Assembly (NCBI GenBank): GCA_963816395.1
Contig: CAWFKQ010000006.1
Location: forward strand, 287,231 to 351,230
Origin: an uncultured delta proteobacterium
Lineage (GTDB): Bacteria > Desulfobacterota > Desulfuromonadia > Desulfuromonadales > JACZKF01
Direction: 5' to 3'
DNA: 64,000 nt
The notes under the pieces are model-generated. The model was not told where the DNA came from, did no database searches, and saw only the letters and a list, made by a program, of their open reading frames with translations. How positions within the stretch are numbered: position 1 is the stretch's first letter; every line of letters begins with the position of its first letter. The translations under genes and the position numbers were made by a program. Shown piece after piece: positions 35,448-46,627 of this stretch.

Positions 35448-36235
35448 ATGACGATCGTTGCTGTGACCCTGAAAGGCATCCTGCGCGACCGGGTTTTGCA
35501 GGGATTTTGGCCGCCGGCCTGGTCTTTCTGGCGATTCCTGCGATCAGCACCCTGTCGATGCGCCAGGTGACGGAACTGGCGCTGACCCTGTGTCTGTCGC
35601 TGGTCTCTTTCATCCTGCTGTTGCTGGCGATCTTTCTCGGCGGCGTTTCCCTGTGGCGTGACGTGGAGCGGCGCTATACGCACAGTGTTCTGACCCTGCC
35701 TCGCAGTCGGGCCCGCTATCTGCTGGGGCGCTTTGCCGGCATCGCCCTGTTCCTGCTCGGGACGGCGGTTCTCCTGGGCCTGCTGAGCGTGTCGTCGTGT
35801 CTGGTTGTCTCCGGCAATTATCCCCCGGATCGGCCGGTCTCCTGGCTAGCGGTGGTGGCTGCGCTCGGTTTCGATGCCTTCAAATGTCTTTTGCTGGTGG
35901 CCTTTGCGGTGCTGTTTTCTTCTGTCAGCACCTCCTTTTTTCTCCCGGTCTTCGGCACCATCGCCGTCTATCTGGTTGGCGGCGCGACCCAGCAGGCTTA
36001 CGACTATGTCCTTTCCCCGGCTGGCCAGTCCCTGTCGCCGGTGGTGCAAAAACTGGCCGAGGTATTGTATTACATCCTGCCCAATCTGTCTGCTTTCGAC
36101 CTGAAGGTCAACGCCATCTACTCGCTGCCCCTCGATCCCCATGCTCTGGCCCTGACGGCCGGTTACGGCATTCTGTACATGACATTTGTCTTGATCGCTG
36201 CTGCCGCCATTTTTTCCCGCCGGGAACTCGGCTAG
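35448..36235 (+). CDS. Pilus-associated ABC transporter permease (XapB-like)
   Basis: RDVERRY..SVLTLP.SR..YLLGRF.G, YYILPNLSAFDLK, F.RREL terminus. Confidence 0.8.
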
Positions 36236-36242
36236 GTCGGCC

Positions 36243-37141
36243 ATGACGCGCTACTTTGCCACCGGCCTTTGCGTTTTGGCCGCCTACCTGGCCATCCTCG
36301 GCCCCTTCACCCGGGCCATGGAACAAAAGCCCTACGCCGAAAAACTTGGCTTGATACCCCAGCCCCAGGTCCTGCAGGCACTCTTCCCCGATTACCAGGA
36401 ACTGCTGGTGCCTCGATCCTCGCCCGGGTCATCCTTTATTACGGCACCCTCGCCGAAGCGGCGGACGAACCCGCGCCAATTGCTACGCAGGCCGATTACC
36501 CGGCCATGTCCGGGCTGTTCACGCGGCCTTGCGCCTCGATCCCTACAACATGGACGGCTACTATTTCGGCCAGGCGATTCTGGTCTGGGATGCCGGGCAA
36601 TACCAACTGGCCGCGGATCTGCTGGAATACGGCATGCACTACCGGACTTGGGATTGGCAGCTGCCCTTCTTCGCGGGCTTCGATTACGCCTATTTTCTCA
36701 AGGATAAAGAGAAGGCGGCGAAGATGTACATGCGCGCCGGGGAACTTTCGGGCGAAACCCTTTTCAAGTCGCTGGCTGGGCGCTACCTGCAGGAGGCGGG
36801 AGATACGCAAATGGCCATCGATTACTTGCGGGCTCTGGAAAAAGGCGCCCGGAAACCGGCGGTGAAAAAAGTTCTCAATACCCGGATACTTGCCTTCGAA
36901 GGGGTCCGGGCTATCGAGAAGGCAAGGGATCGATATATCGCGGACCATGGCCGTCCGCCAGCCGATATCGACGCCCTGATCAAGAGTGGCTACCTGCCGT
37001 CCATGCCGATCGATCCCTATGGGGGACGTTTTTATCTCGATGAGAACCACCAGGTCCGCACGACCAGCAAATTTGCCTTTGCCGGCGTTCGGCACGGACC
37101 CGGCCGAGACTTCCAAGAAACCATCTTTGCCTGGCGAGTGA
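36243..37141 (+). CDS. Pilus-associated TPR-like protein (XapC-like; frameshifted)
   Basis: LDPYNMDGYYFGQA, WQLPFFAGFDYAYFLKD, C-terminal LI..GYL...P.DPYGG.F motif; position in xap gene order. Confidence 0.65.
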
Positions 37142-37147
37142 AGTTCG

Positions 37148-38080
37148 ATGACGACTCTGCCGATCAGTATCTCCGGACTGAAAAAGACCTACCGCGGCAA
37201 GCGCGGCAAAAAAGTCGAGGCCCTGCGCGGACCTCTCCCTCGATATCGTTCCCGGCGAGGTCTTCGGTTTTCTCGGCCCGAACGGCGCCGGCAAGAGCAC
37301 AACCATCAAGATCCTCATGGGGCTGATCCGCCCCAGCGCCGGCGATGCCCGCATTTTCGGCGTCCCCGTCAGTGATCCCGCGGCCCGCCAGCCGGGTCGG
37401 TTTTCTGCCTGAAAACCCGGCTTTTTACGATTTTCTCACGGCCCGGGAATACCTGCGCTTCGTCGGCGAGGCCTTTGCCATGCCTGCGGCGGCTATTCGC
37501 AAGGAAAGCGAGCGGGTTCTGGAGTTGCTCGACCTGACGGGTGCCGCCGGACGACCGATCCGCGGCTACAGCAAGGGGATGGTGCAGCGCCTCGGTCTTG
37601 CCCAGACCCTGCTCCACAATCCCGATCTTTACATCCTCGATGAGCCGATGAGCGGCCTTGACCCGATCGGTCGGGCATTGGTCAAGGAGATCATTCTCGA
37701 CCTGAAAAGGCAGGGGAAAACCGTCTTTTTCAGCACCCACGTGACCGCTGATGCCGAACGGGTCTGCGATCGGATCGGCGTGATTATCGGCGGCGTTTTT
37801 CAGGAGGAAAGGGTGGTCGGGGAACTGCTGCGCGAAGGGATCGATGGCTACTTCTGCCGGGTGCGCGGGGTTTCTGCCGAAACCCTCCAGACGTTGGGAG
37901 GGATGGCTCGCGGTGATGGGGTTTGCGAGGTTTTCGTGCCGCGGGATCAGTTACGATGCCTTTGCCGCCGATCTGCTGAAAAGCGGCGGCTCTTTCGATC
38001 TGATCGAACCGCGCCGTCGGGACATCGAGGATTATTTCCTGGATCTGGTGCGCGCCAGCGGAGGGGCTTCATGCGCCTGA
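37148..38080 (+). CDS. ABC transporter ATP-binding protein (XapD-like; frameshifted)
   Basis: [37 protein letters not shown]. Confidence 0.88.
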
Positions 38081-39805
38081 AAACCTGGCACTGCCTGACA
38101 TTTCTGGCGCTGGCGGTTCTGGCTGTCTATTATCCGAGTCTGCACGCCGGTTACAACTCGGTCGACGATCTGAAAATGATCAGCGGCATCGATCAGTCCG
38201 GGCCGCTCGATCTGGTGCATCTTTTCGTGCGCAGCGGTTCGTATTATTACCGGCCGCTGACCATTCTGACCTACATCCTCGACCGGGATGCCTGGGGCTC
38301 CATCGCCTCTTTCATGCACCTGGAAAACATCCTTCTGCACCTGGCTTGCGCCTGGCTGGTCTTCGCCATCACCCGGCGTCTGCTGCCCCTCTGGGGTGAG
38401 GAAGGGCAGGGACCGGCCCTGTTTGCCGGGCTCTTTTTTGCTCTGCATCCCCTGGCCACCGAATCGGTCTGCTGGATCAGTGGGCGCACCGATCCGTTGA
38501 TGGCCGTGTTTCTGCTGCTGGCCGTGTGGCTGACCGTGGTTGCGCTGTCATCCGAGTAGTTCGTTCGCTGCCTTGGCGGGCGGCGTTGCGCTCCTTCTGG
38601 CTTGCCTGGCAAAAGAGGTGGCAGTATTCATTCTGCCTGGCCTGCTTTGGCTGATTGTGGTCTATCCGGGGCCGGGAGGCTGGCTCGGCCGACTGCGGCG
38701 CCGCTGGTGGACGCTGCTCATGCCGACAGCGGGGATTGCCGGGTACTTCGCACTGCGCCATTTGGCCATCGCCCGGGACAGCGGCATCAGCACCGCCCTC
38801 AAGGGGGTGACCGGCGGCGATTACGATCTGCTGAACAAGGCGCGCATCGCCTTCAAGGTTTATGGCTTCTATTTCAAGAAGCTGCTGATTCCCTGGCCGC
38901 TGAATTTCGGCATTGTCGAGATCTCCGGCTGGTATGTGCTGTCTGGGATCGTGCTTGCTGGCACTACTGCTTTATCTGGCATGGCGGGCCGATGTTGCCG
39001 GGGCTTTCGGTTTGATGGCCTTCTTCGTCCTATCTCCCGCGCTGCTGGTCGTCTTCGGGAAAATGACCTGGACGCCATTGGCCGAACGTTATCTCTATGC
39101 CTCCGTTGGCCTCGTTTGCTCCTCTGGCCGCCTTACTGGTCGTGCGGTTACGAGGACTGCCGCTACCCAGGCGCGGCGCCGCTGGGACGCTTGCCCTGGC
39201 GGTTCTGCTGCTGGTTTTTTTCGGCACGACGCTGCATCGCGCCTGGATCTGGCAGGACAATCTGCGTCTTTACCGGGACACAGTGGCCAAGAGTCCTGAT
39301 TTCGATGCTGCCAAAACCGAATTGGCATCGGCCTTGCTGCGTAAAGGGAGGGCGGCCGAAGCGGAGGAAGTCTTAGAGGGTATGCAGGGGGCTGGCAGTG
39401 CGTCCGATTACATCAATGACGATATGAATCTGGCCGGGGCTCTTCTCTCCCGCGGGGATCTAGAGGGCGCGCGCCGAATCCTCATCCCGCTGCTGGACAA
39501 GAACCCGAAAAAACGCTTCGAGGTGCTGCAGTACTTGATTCGAACCAACGACCAGCGATTGGGCAAGATGTCTGATCCCTGCGCTGATAGCGGCCATCCA
39601 GCAGGAGAGTCTCGGTTGGCTCCTGGAGGAGCAGCGCATTCGGCCAGAGGTTTTTACTCTGTACCGGATCGGCAAGCAATATCTCACCATGGGGGATAAT
39701 GCCCAAGCACTTGAGTATTTTAGGAAGGTTGAGGCTCAAGCCCCGCAGGATGCGTACTATCGTGGAGCGGTGGCGGCATTTATCAGGCGGCTGGAAGGGT
39801 CATGA
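38071..39805 (+). CDS. Multi-TM GT-C-fold protein with C-terminal TPRs (TMTC-like; XapA-like; frameshifted)
   Basis: SVDD, YYRPL, HL.NILLH, FALHPLATESVCWISGRTD, LAKE, AERYLY, W.DNL.LY.D..KSP. Confidence 0.8.
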
Positions 39806-40659
39806 GGTTTAAAGCGTTTATCCAGCTTTTACGCCCGCACCAGTGGCTGAAAAACCTCATGCTGCTCTTTCCGCCGTTCTTGGGGGGAACCCTTTTGAAG
39901 GCGGGTACGGCGGCCACGGCTGTCCTGCCATTGACCGCCTTCTGCCTGGCCTCCAGCGCGACTTATATTTTCAACGATATCCTCGATGCGGAACGAGACG
40001 CCCTTCACCCTCGGAAAAGGCTGCGTCCCATCCCCTCGGGGCAAATCAGCAAGGCATTGGCCGCAGGTTATGCATCAGCGATTCTCGGAGTGGCTGTTGC
40101 TTTAGGCGCTTTGGTATCGCAGCCATTCCTATTGCTGCTGTTGACCTACATCGCCGTTTTCGCGGCCTATTCCCTCGGGCTGAAGAGGCAGCCGATCGTG
40201 GACATCTTCTGCATTGCGGCCGGTTTTATATTGCGGCTGCAGGCAGGAGGCGCAGCGTTCGGGGTGCCCATCTCCGACTGGCTTTTCCTGAGTGTTTTTC
40301 TGCTGGCGATTTTTCTCAGCACCGGAAAAAGGTTGTCCGAGAGAAACACTCTCGACGATAATGGCGGCAGCCATCGCGAGAGCCTCCTCCATTACCCCCC
40401 TGGCCTCCTCGAAGGGACGATGTATATGAGCGGGGCCGCCGTTCTGGTGACCTATTCCATGTACGTCATCCAGCGGCCGGCCCTGGTCTACACGGTTCCG
40501 CTGTGTACCTTCGGTCTGCTGCGATTTATGCTGCTGGTGAAATCGGACCGCTACGGCGACCCGACCGAATCGCTCCTCAAGGACGGCGCCCTCTTTTCCG
40601 TGGGGGTGCTGTGGGTGATCCTGGTCGGGTGGACTACCTATGGGCCAAAGCTGTTATAA
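39802..40659 (+). CDS. UbiA-family polyprenyl-phosphate phosphoribosyltransferase (XapE-like)
   Basis: LRPHQWLKNL, YIFNDILDAERDALHPRKRLRPIPSG, YSLGLK, GFILR, KR..E, GDPT. Confidence 0.85.
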   Translation: MRFKAFIQLLRPHQWLKNLMLLFPPFLGGTLLKAGTAATAVLPLTAFCLASSATYIFNDILDAERDALHPRKRLRPIPSGQISKALAAGYASAILGVAVALGALVSQPFLLLLLTYIAVFAAYSLGLKRQPIVDIFCIAAGFILRLQAGGAAFGVPISDWLFLSVFLLAIFLSTGKRLSERNTLDDNGGSHRESLLHYPPGLLEGTMYMSGAAVLVTYSMYVIQRPALVYTVPLCTFGLLRFMLLVKSDRYGDPTESLLKDGALFSVGVLWVILVGWTTYGPKLL

Positions 40660-40746
40660 GGCGCAGAATTGTGGCGGGCCGGCACGACCTTCTGGCCCTG
40701 CTTCGCCTGCTGCCCGGAACTGCATGCGGGATAAAGCTCGGTCTCG

Positions 40747-40815
40747 GTTCCCCTTTGCTGTTTCGGCCTGTCTCGCTATATACTGCTGGTCAAGCGCGGC
40801 GAAAGCGGCGACCCC
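40747..40815 (+). pseudogene. Diverged duplicate fragment of the ubiA/xapE 3' region
   Basis: Translates VPLCCFGLSRYILLVKRGESGDP versus VPLCTFGLLRFMLLVKSDRYGDP at 40495-40563. Confidence 0.75.
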
Positions 40816-40911
40816 TTTGTGTGAGACAGAGGTAGTGCAGAATGTGAAAACTGGCGTCTTTTTTGCTTCGCTATCTTTTCTGAGGGTGACAGCACGCGCG
40901 AAGGACCCGGG

Positions 40912-41322
40912 ATGAGTCAAAAGAGTCAGATTTTAGCTGTCCTGACAGAATTGTTTTCCGACTTGGCCGATTTTGCGCTGATGTTCGGCTCCTGGGCCAG
41001 GGATGAGAGCCGGATCACCGAGGAGAGCGATGTCGACTGCGGGGTTCATTTCAGCAGGGAAATATCCGACGAAGCGCTCTATGGCGATATCCCCGAGCGG
41101 TTCCAATCGCGTACCGGCCGGAAACTGGACCTGGTCCGCCTGAATGACGCGGATATCATTATCGCCGCGCAGGTTGTCATGACCGGAGAAGCGGTGTTCG
41201 TCAACTCGCGGGAGCGGTTTGAAGCATATCGGGTGAAAATCCTCAGCCGCTATTTCGATTTTAAGATATCGAGGAAAATCATCGAAGATAACATTCTGGT
41301 GAGACCGCATTATGGTCCCTGA
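40912..41322 (+). CDS. mntA: Minimal nucleotidyltransferase antitoxin (MntA-like)
   Basis: MFGSWAR......ESDVDCGV, LDLVRLN; overlaps a DUF86 gene. Confidence 0.8.
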   Translation: MSQKSQILAVLTELFSDLADFALMFGSWARDESRITEESDVDCGVHFSREISDEALYGDIPERFQSRTGRKLDLVRLNDADIIIAAQVVMTGEAVFVNSRERFEAYRVKILSRYFDFKISRKIIEDNILVRPHYGP

Positions 41323-41749
41323 TCAAGATGTTTTCCTGGCGAAAATCGCCATCATGAAACGGTGCGTCGCGACCGTTCGGCAGGTACAGCAGGCAGACCT
41401 GCCTGCCTGGATGCGGCAGGATTTGACGGTCCTGAATCTCCAGCGTGCCGTTCAGGCCGCTATCGATCTGGCCAACGCGGTGATTGCCCGCTACGGCCTG
41501 GGGTTGCCCAGTGACTACGGCCAGTCTTTTGACCTGCTGGCCAGACATCAGGTCGTCGATCCGCCCGCGGCGAAAAATTTGAAGAAAATGGTGGGCTTCC
41601 GCAATATCGCCGTCCACGAATATCAGGAAATCGACGGCAAGATCCTGCTGTCGATCGTCGAGCATCATCTCGATGATTTCGAAATCTACTACACCCAGGT
41701 TCACAACTACGTATTCAGTGGCCGGCAAGCCGGTCGCGACGATTCATGA
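41312..41749 (+). CDS. hepT: HEPN/DUF86 ribonuclease toxin (HepT-like)
   Basis: LNLQRAVQAAIDLA, MVGFRNIAVHEY (Rx4HxY motif). Confidence 0.88.
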   Translation: MVPDQDVFLAKIAIMKRCVATVRQVQQADLPAWMRQDLTVLNLQRAVQAAIDLANAVIARYGLGLPSDYGQSFDLLARHQVVDPPAAKNLKKMVGFRNIAVHEYQEIDGKILLSIVEHHLDDFEIYYTQVHNYVFSGRQAGRDDS

Positions 41750-41870
41750 TTCGCCGCGCACAGCTCGGTCCCCAGGCTTGGGGGCTGGTGCCTGAAAAAC
41801 GACGGTTCACGGAGATGAAGAGCGGTATGGATTGGGAAAAGTGGAAGACGGGTCAGGCGTAGGCATAGGC

Positions 41871-42697
41871 ATGAAGGAAGAGTTCGACCTGATCATCGAG
41901 CCGGGTCGCGGTACGCGTGAGTACTGGCGCGATCTCTGGCGCTACCGCGAGCTGTTCTTTTTCCTGGCCTGGCGCGATATTCTGGTGCGCTACAAGCAGA
42001 CCGCCATCGGCATCGCCTGGAGCGTGCTGCGACCGCTGGCGACGATGCTGGTGTTCACCATCGTCTTCGGCAAGCTGGCCAAGCTGCCTTCCAACGGCGT
42101 CCCGTACCCGATCATGGTTTTTGCCGCCATGCTCCCCTGGCAATTCTTCGCGAATTCTCTCTCGGAGAGCAGCAATTCCCTGATCGACAACGCCAACCTG
42201 CTGACCAAGGTCTACTTCCCCCGGCTGATCGTCCCGGCGGGATCGGTCATCGTCAGCCTGGTCGACTTCCTGATCGCCAGTGTCCTCCTCGGTGGGCTGA
42301 TGGCCTGGTACCGCTTCGTCCCGGATGTCCGAATGCTCCTGCTGCCGGCTTTTCTGCTGATGGCGCTCATGGCCTCCTTTGGCGTCGGCCTCTGGCTCTC
42401 GGCCCTCAATGTCAAATACCGGGATTTCCGCTACGTGGTGCCGTTCCTGGTGCAGTTCGGCCTCTACATTTCTCCGGTCGGTTTTACCAGTTCGATTGTG
42501 CCGGAACAGTGGCGGCTGCTCTATTTCCTCAATCCCATGGTCGGGGTGATCGACGGCTTCCGCTGGGCACTGCTCGGCGATGCTTTTCCGGTTTACTGGC
42601 CGGGGCTGGGCTTTCGTTTTTGCTCGTCTGCCTGCTGATGCTCGGCGGCATCGTCTATTTCCGGCGCATGGAACGCACTTTTGCGGATGTGGTGTGA
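41871..42697 (+). CDS. wzm: Polysaccharide ABC exporter permease Wzm (XapG-like)
   Basis: LWRYRELFFFLAWRDILVRYKQT, KVYFPR, NPMVGVIDGFRW, ERTFADVV. Confidence 0.92.
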
Positions 42698-42731
42698 TTT
42701 TTTGGGCATCCAACCCTGCCTATGCTATTGA

Positions 42732-42824
42732 AATGACGAAGCCCTGACCAGGAGTTGGCTCATCAAAGCCAAGCGTGATCTGCTCTCGGCCGATCAACTG
42801 GCGGAGGCCGATATACCAAAGTAA
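42732..42824 (+). pseudogene. N-terminal fragment of a HEPN-domain gene
   Basis: DEALTRSWLIKAKRDLLSA resembles the W..KA..DL HEPN start; stops after about 30 codons. Confidence 0.5.
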
Positions 42825-42852
42825 TTTGCCTTTCTCTTGGAGGCCCTTTTTC

Positions 42853-43182
42853 ATGGACATTGAGCTTGTAAAAAAGGACATTGTCGAGCATTTGCAGCCT
42901 CTTGATCCTGAGAAGGTTATTCTCTTCGGGTCTTATGCTTACGGCAATCCAACCGATGACAGCGACATTGATCTTTACATTGTCAGCAAGGAAAGGTTTG
43001 TCCCTGGAACTTACTCTGACAATATGGAGCATTATAAAAAATATGCAGGTGTCCTCAGGAGCTTAAAAGAAAGGGTGCCTATTGACATAATCGTTCACAC
43101 GCTGGACATGAATCGAATTTTCGAAGAGAGCGACAGTTCCCTTGCCAGGGAGATCAAAGGCAAGGGTGTGAAGCTGATATGA
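42853..43182 (+). CDS. Minimal nucleotidyltransferase (MNT) protein
   Basis: PEKVILFGSYAYGNPTDDSDIDLYIV, PIDIIV, GVKL. Confidence 0.88.
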   Translation: MDIELVKKDIVEHLQPLDPEKVILFGSYAYGNPTDDSDIDLYIVSKERFVPGTYSDNMEHYKKYAGVLRSLKERVPIDIIVHTLDMNRIFEESDSSLAREIKGKGVKLI

Positions 43183-43586
43183 AGACGATCACTTCCGAAT
43201 GGCTCGGATCGGCGTGGGATGATCTGCTGGTCATACGTGAGATTATCGCCAATGACGAATTGACACACATGGTGGCATTTCATGCCCAGCAGGCAATTGA
43301 AAAGTCCTTCAAGGCTGTTCTTGAAGAGCGGGACGGCACCGTGCCAAGAATTCATGTTCTGGAAACGCTGCTCCCAAAGGTGTTGAAGTATGTGCAGCTT
43401 CCTGTTGACATAGATCTTTTGGAAGAGCTGGACAAGCTCTACCTTGATGCAAGGTATCCCGGTGATTTCGGTTTGTTGCCGTCGGGCAAGCCTCGCAGAG
43501 AAGATGCGGATCGCTTTTCGGCGATGGCTCAGGCAATCTTCTCCACAATCGAAACTGCTCTTTCAGTGCACCAAGGCAAGCCCTAG
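43179..43586 (+). CDS. HEPN domain protein
   Basis: [33 protein letters not shown]. Confidence 0.88.
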   Translation: MKTITSEWLGSAWDDLLVIREIIANDELTHMVAFHAQQAIEKSFKAVLEERDGTVPRIHVLETLLPKVLKYVQLPVDIDLLEELDKLYLDARYPGDFGLLPSGKPRREDADRFSAMAQAIFSTIETALSVHQGKP

Positions 43587-43590
43587 CATC

Positions 43591-44894
43591 ATGTCGACCG
43601 TCATCTCCGTTGAAAATCTCGGCAAGAAATACCTCCTGAGCCACCAGCGGGAATCCCAGCCGTACGTGGCCTTGCGGGACGTCATCGCTGATGGATTCAA
43701 GGGGATTGGCAGGCGTTTTGCTTCGGCTTTTTCCCAATCACCAATCACCAATCACCAATCACTGAAGTCAGAGGATTTCTGGGCGCTCAAGGATGTCTCC
43801 TTCGAGGTGAAGCAGGGGGACCGGATCGGCATCATCGGCCGCAACGGCGCCGGCAAATCGACGCTGTTGAAGATCCTCAGCCGCATCACCGAGCCGACGA
43901 CAGGGCGGGTGCGGATCAAGGGGAGGGTGGCGAGTCTGCTGGAGGTGGGGACGGGGTTTCATCCGGAGTTGACGGGGAGGGAGAATATCTTCCTCAATGG
44001 CGCGATTCTCGGGATGAGCAGGGCCGAGATCAGGAGGAAGTTCGATGAGATCGTCGATTTTGCCGAGATCGAGAAATTTCTCGATACCCCGGTGAAGCGG
44101 TATTCTTCGGGGATGTACGTGCGGCTGGCTTTTGCCGTTGCGGCGCATCTGGAGCCGGAGATTCTGATTGTCGATGAGGTGCTGGCGGTGGGGGATGCGC
44201 AGTTTCAGAAGAAGTGTCTGGGGAAGATGGAGGAGGTCGGCAAGCGAGGGGCGGACGGTTCTTTTCGTCAGCCACAACATGGGGGCCATCCATAGCCTGA
44301 CAAGCAAGTGCCTGTACATCGAGAAAGGGAAATTGCTGTGCTTCGGCGAGAGCACTGAGGTGGTGGGACTCTATTTAGGCGACGCTTGTGCCGGAGCCTC
44401 CGACCTGGCCGGCACCGGAGTCAACCTGGACTACTTCCGTCCGGAGTACGTGATCAAGGAGCACAAGCAGGAGGCCAAGGCGCGGTACGTCAGGATCTGG
44501 GCCCAGCGGGCGGGGAGACCAGTTGACACCGTCAACTTGGAGAACCCTCTCCCTGTTCTTCGAGATTGAGGCTCTCGCCGAGATAAAGGGGGCCAACATC
44601 TCCTGCTGCATTCTGAATGACGAGTTCCAGGTGGTGACGGTCCTTTTTTCCTGGGACCGCGATTTCTACCTACATCTCGCTCCCGGCCGGCACCTGATCC
44701 GCCTGGATCTCGACGGGATCATGTTGACCCCGGGCCCTACCACATTGGTACTGGGATCAACCAGTTCCCCGAGTCGGTGGCTTGGGACAGCGTCCAGAAC
44801 GTGCCCCTCTTCGAGGTGAAGAACGCGGCAAAGTGGTGCATTGGCTTCACCGCCGGTGGGGTAACGTGTATTTCGACCAGGCACGCTGGCATAG
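43591..44894 (+). CDS. wzt: Polysaccharide ABC exporter ATPase Wzt with C-terminal domain (XapH-like; frameshifted, end approximate)
   Basis: [45 protein letters not shown]. Confidence 0.9.
43734..43761 (+). repeat. Heptamer tandem repeat (CCAATCA)x4 inside wzt
   Basis: Four exact copies at 43734, 43741, 43748, 43755. Confidence 0.9.
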
Positions 44895-44921
44895 CGAGGC
44901 CCGTGGCGCCGGTGAGCAGTT

Positions 44922-45779
44922 ATGAGTATTGGAAAACGGAAGGATTTTCTGCTTTCGGGTCGCCGATTATCGAGGATATTATTCCCGTCCAATGATGCTG
45001 AGTGCAAAAACCTAACGGGACACTACTGGAATTCGTTGTGAAAGATGATTTTCTTAATCTCAAACTGAGGTGAAAAGCCTGGACAGGTATTTGATCCGTA
45101 AGTCATCGGGTGCCCTAATGTTAGTGCGTGTCCGCCTGCATGCACTTTGCTGGATGTTGGCTGCGGCCAGATGCCGGATAAGCCTCTTTTATCACAGCCG
45201 GAAGGATCTGTGTCACGCTATATCGGGTTGGATTTAATGGAAAACCCGATGCACGACAACCAGCCGGATATCTGCTGGCAAAACGGTATTATCCCTCTGC
45301 ATGATTGCAGTGTTGACTGTGCCCTCTGTACAGAGGTTCTGGAACACTCCCGATTCCGGAGAAGGTGTTAAGCGAGGTCTGCCGCGTTTTGAAACCAGGC
45401 GGGGTGCTCTTTTTAACCGTTCCCTTTCTTGGCCGCTCCATGAATTGCCCTATGATTATATCGCTATACCCTTTTCGCCTTTCTTCGGCATCTTGAAAAT
45501 AGTGGTTTTTGTTAGGTGGATTACCATGCAACGGGCGGCTGGGATGCAAGTCTGGCTCAGATGCTAGGACTTTGGGGCAGATGGCGTCCGATGGGCCGGT
45601 TGCGACGGGCGCTGCTCTCGGTATTTGTCTATCCGCTCTATCTCTGGCTGGTGCACTCTGATGTCCGGCGGCGGTCGGCTCCAAGGAAAGCCAGATGCGG
45701 ACCGAATGTGGGGGACGGCATCAAGCAAGCAAGGCCCGAGGATTCTGAACCGCCTGCGGGGGGGTGCGCGCGTGAGTGA
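44922..45779 (+). CDS. Class I SAM methyltransferase (heavily frameshifted)
   Basis: LLDVGCGQMP, YIGLD, LCTEVLEH, LKPGG.LFLTVPF, WPLHELPYDY. Confidence 0.65.
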
Positions 45780-45791
45780 GTTGTTAGTGCT

Positions 45792-46534
45792 GTGACGAAA
45801 GCGGCCCGCAAGGTCAAAAGAATAGGGTTCTTCCCGTTTATGCATCCGTTCGCCCCGCATTTCGAGTGCCCGGTTTGCGCCTATTGCGGCCCTTACGCAC
45901 GTATCGCCCAGCACGGGACACGCAAGCACGCGCTGTGCCCGTGCTGCGGCGCCCTCGAGAGGCATCGCTTGCAATGCTGGTGCCTCCATCGGCTCTTCGC
46001 CGAACGTGATTTCAGCCGGATGCGCCTGCTGCATTTCGCGCCGGAGGCCATTGCGGAGCTCCTGAAGTCGCGCGTCGCACGCTACGAGACCGCCGATTTA
46101 TACGCGGAAGGTGTCGATCATCGGGTGGATCTCCAGTCGCTGCCGTTCGCTGACGGCGCTTATGATTCGTCTATGCCTCGCATGTGCTAGAGCATGTGCC
46201 GGACGATGGCAGCGCGCTGGCTGAGATCCGCCGCATTCTGGCGCCGAGCGGGATGGCCATTCTGCCGGTCCCGATCGTTGCTGAGCGGACCGTGGAGTAT
46301 CCGGTGCCCAATCCACACGAGTCCGAACACGCCCGTGCACCTGGCTACGACTACTTCGACCGCTACCGGATGCACTTCGCGCGCGTCGAGTGTCTTGATT
46401 CATCCCGGGCGCCGGAGCAATACCAGACCTACATCTATGAGGACCGTACTGGTTGGCCTAACGAACTGTCCCCGCTGCGCCTGTCCATGAGCGGCGGGCG
46501 ACATCCCGATGTCGTGCCTCTTTGTTTTGTTTAG
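45792..46534 (+). CDS. Methyltransferase type 11 with Cys-pair N-terminus (frameshifted)
   Basis: CPVC...CPCCGALERHR, LHFAPE, LEHVPDD..AL.EIRRIL. Confidence 0.75.
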
Positions 46535-46627
46535 TAAGAGAACGGGAGATGATGAGTCCTAACACAGGAGTATATGTATGCGCCGTTGCGGCTTGTGGTT
46601 GTCGTTCCATATAAAGAATGACGTAAT

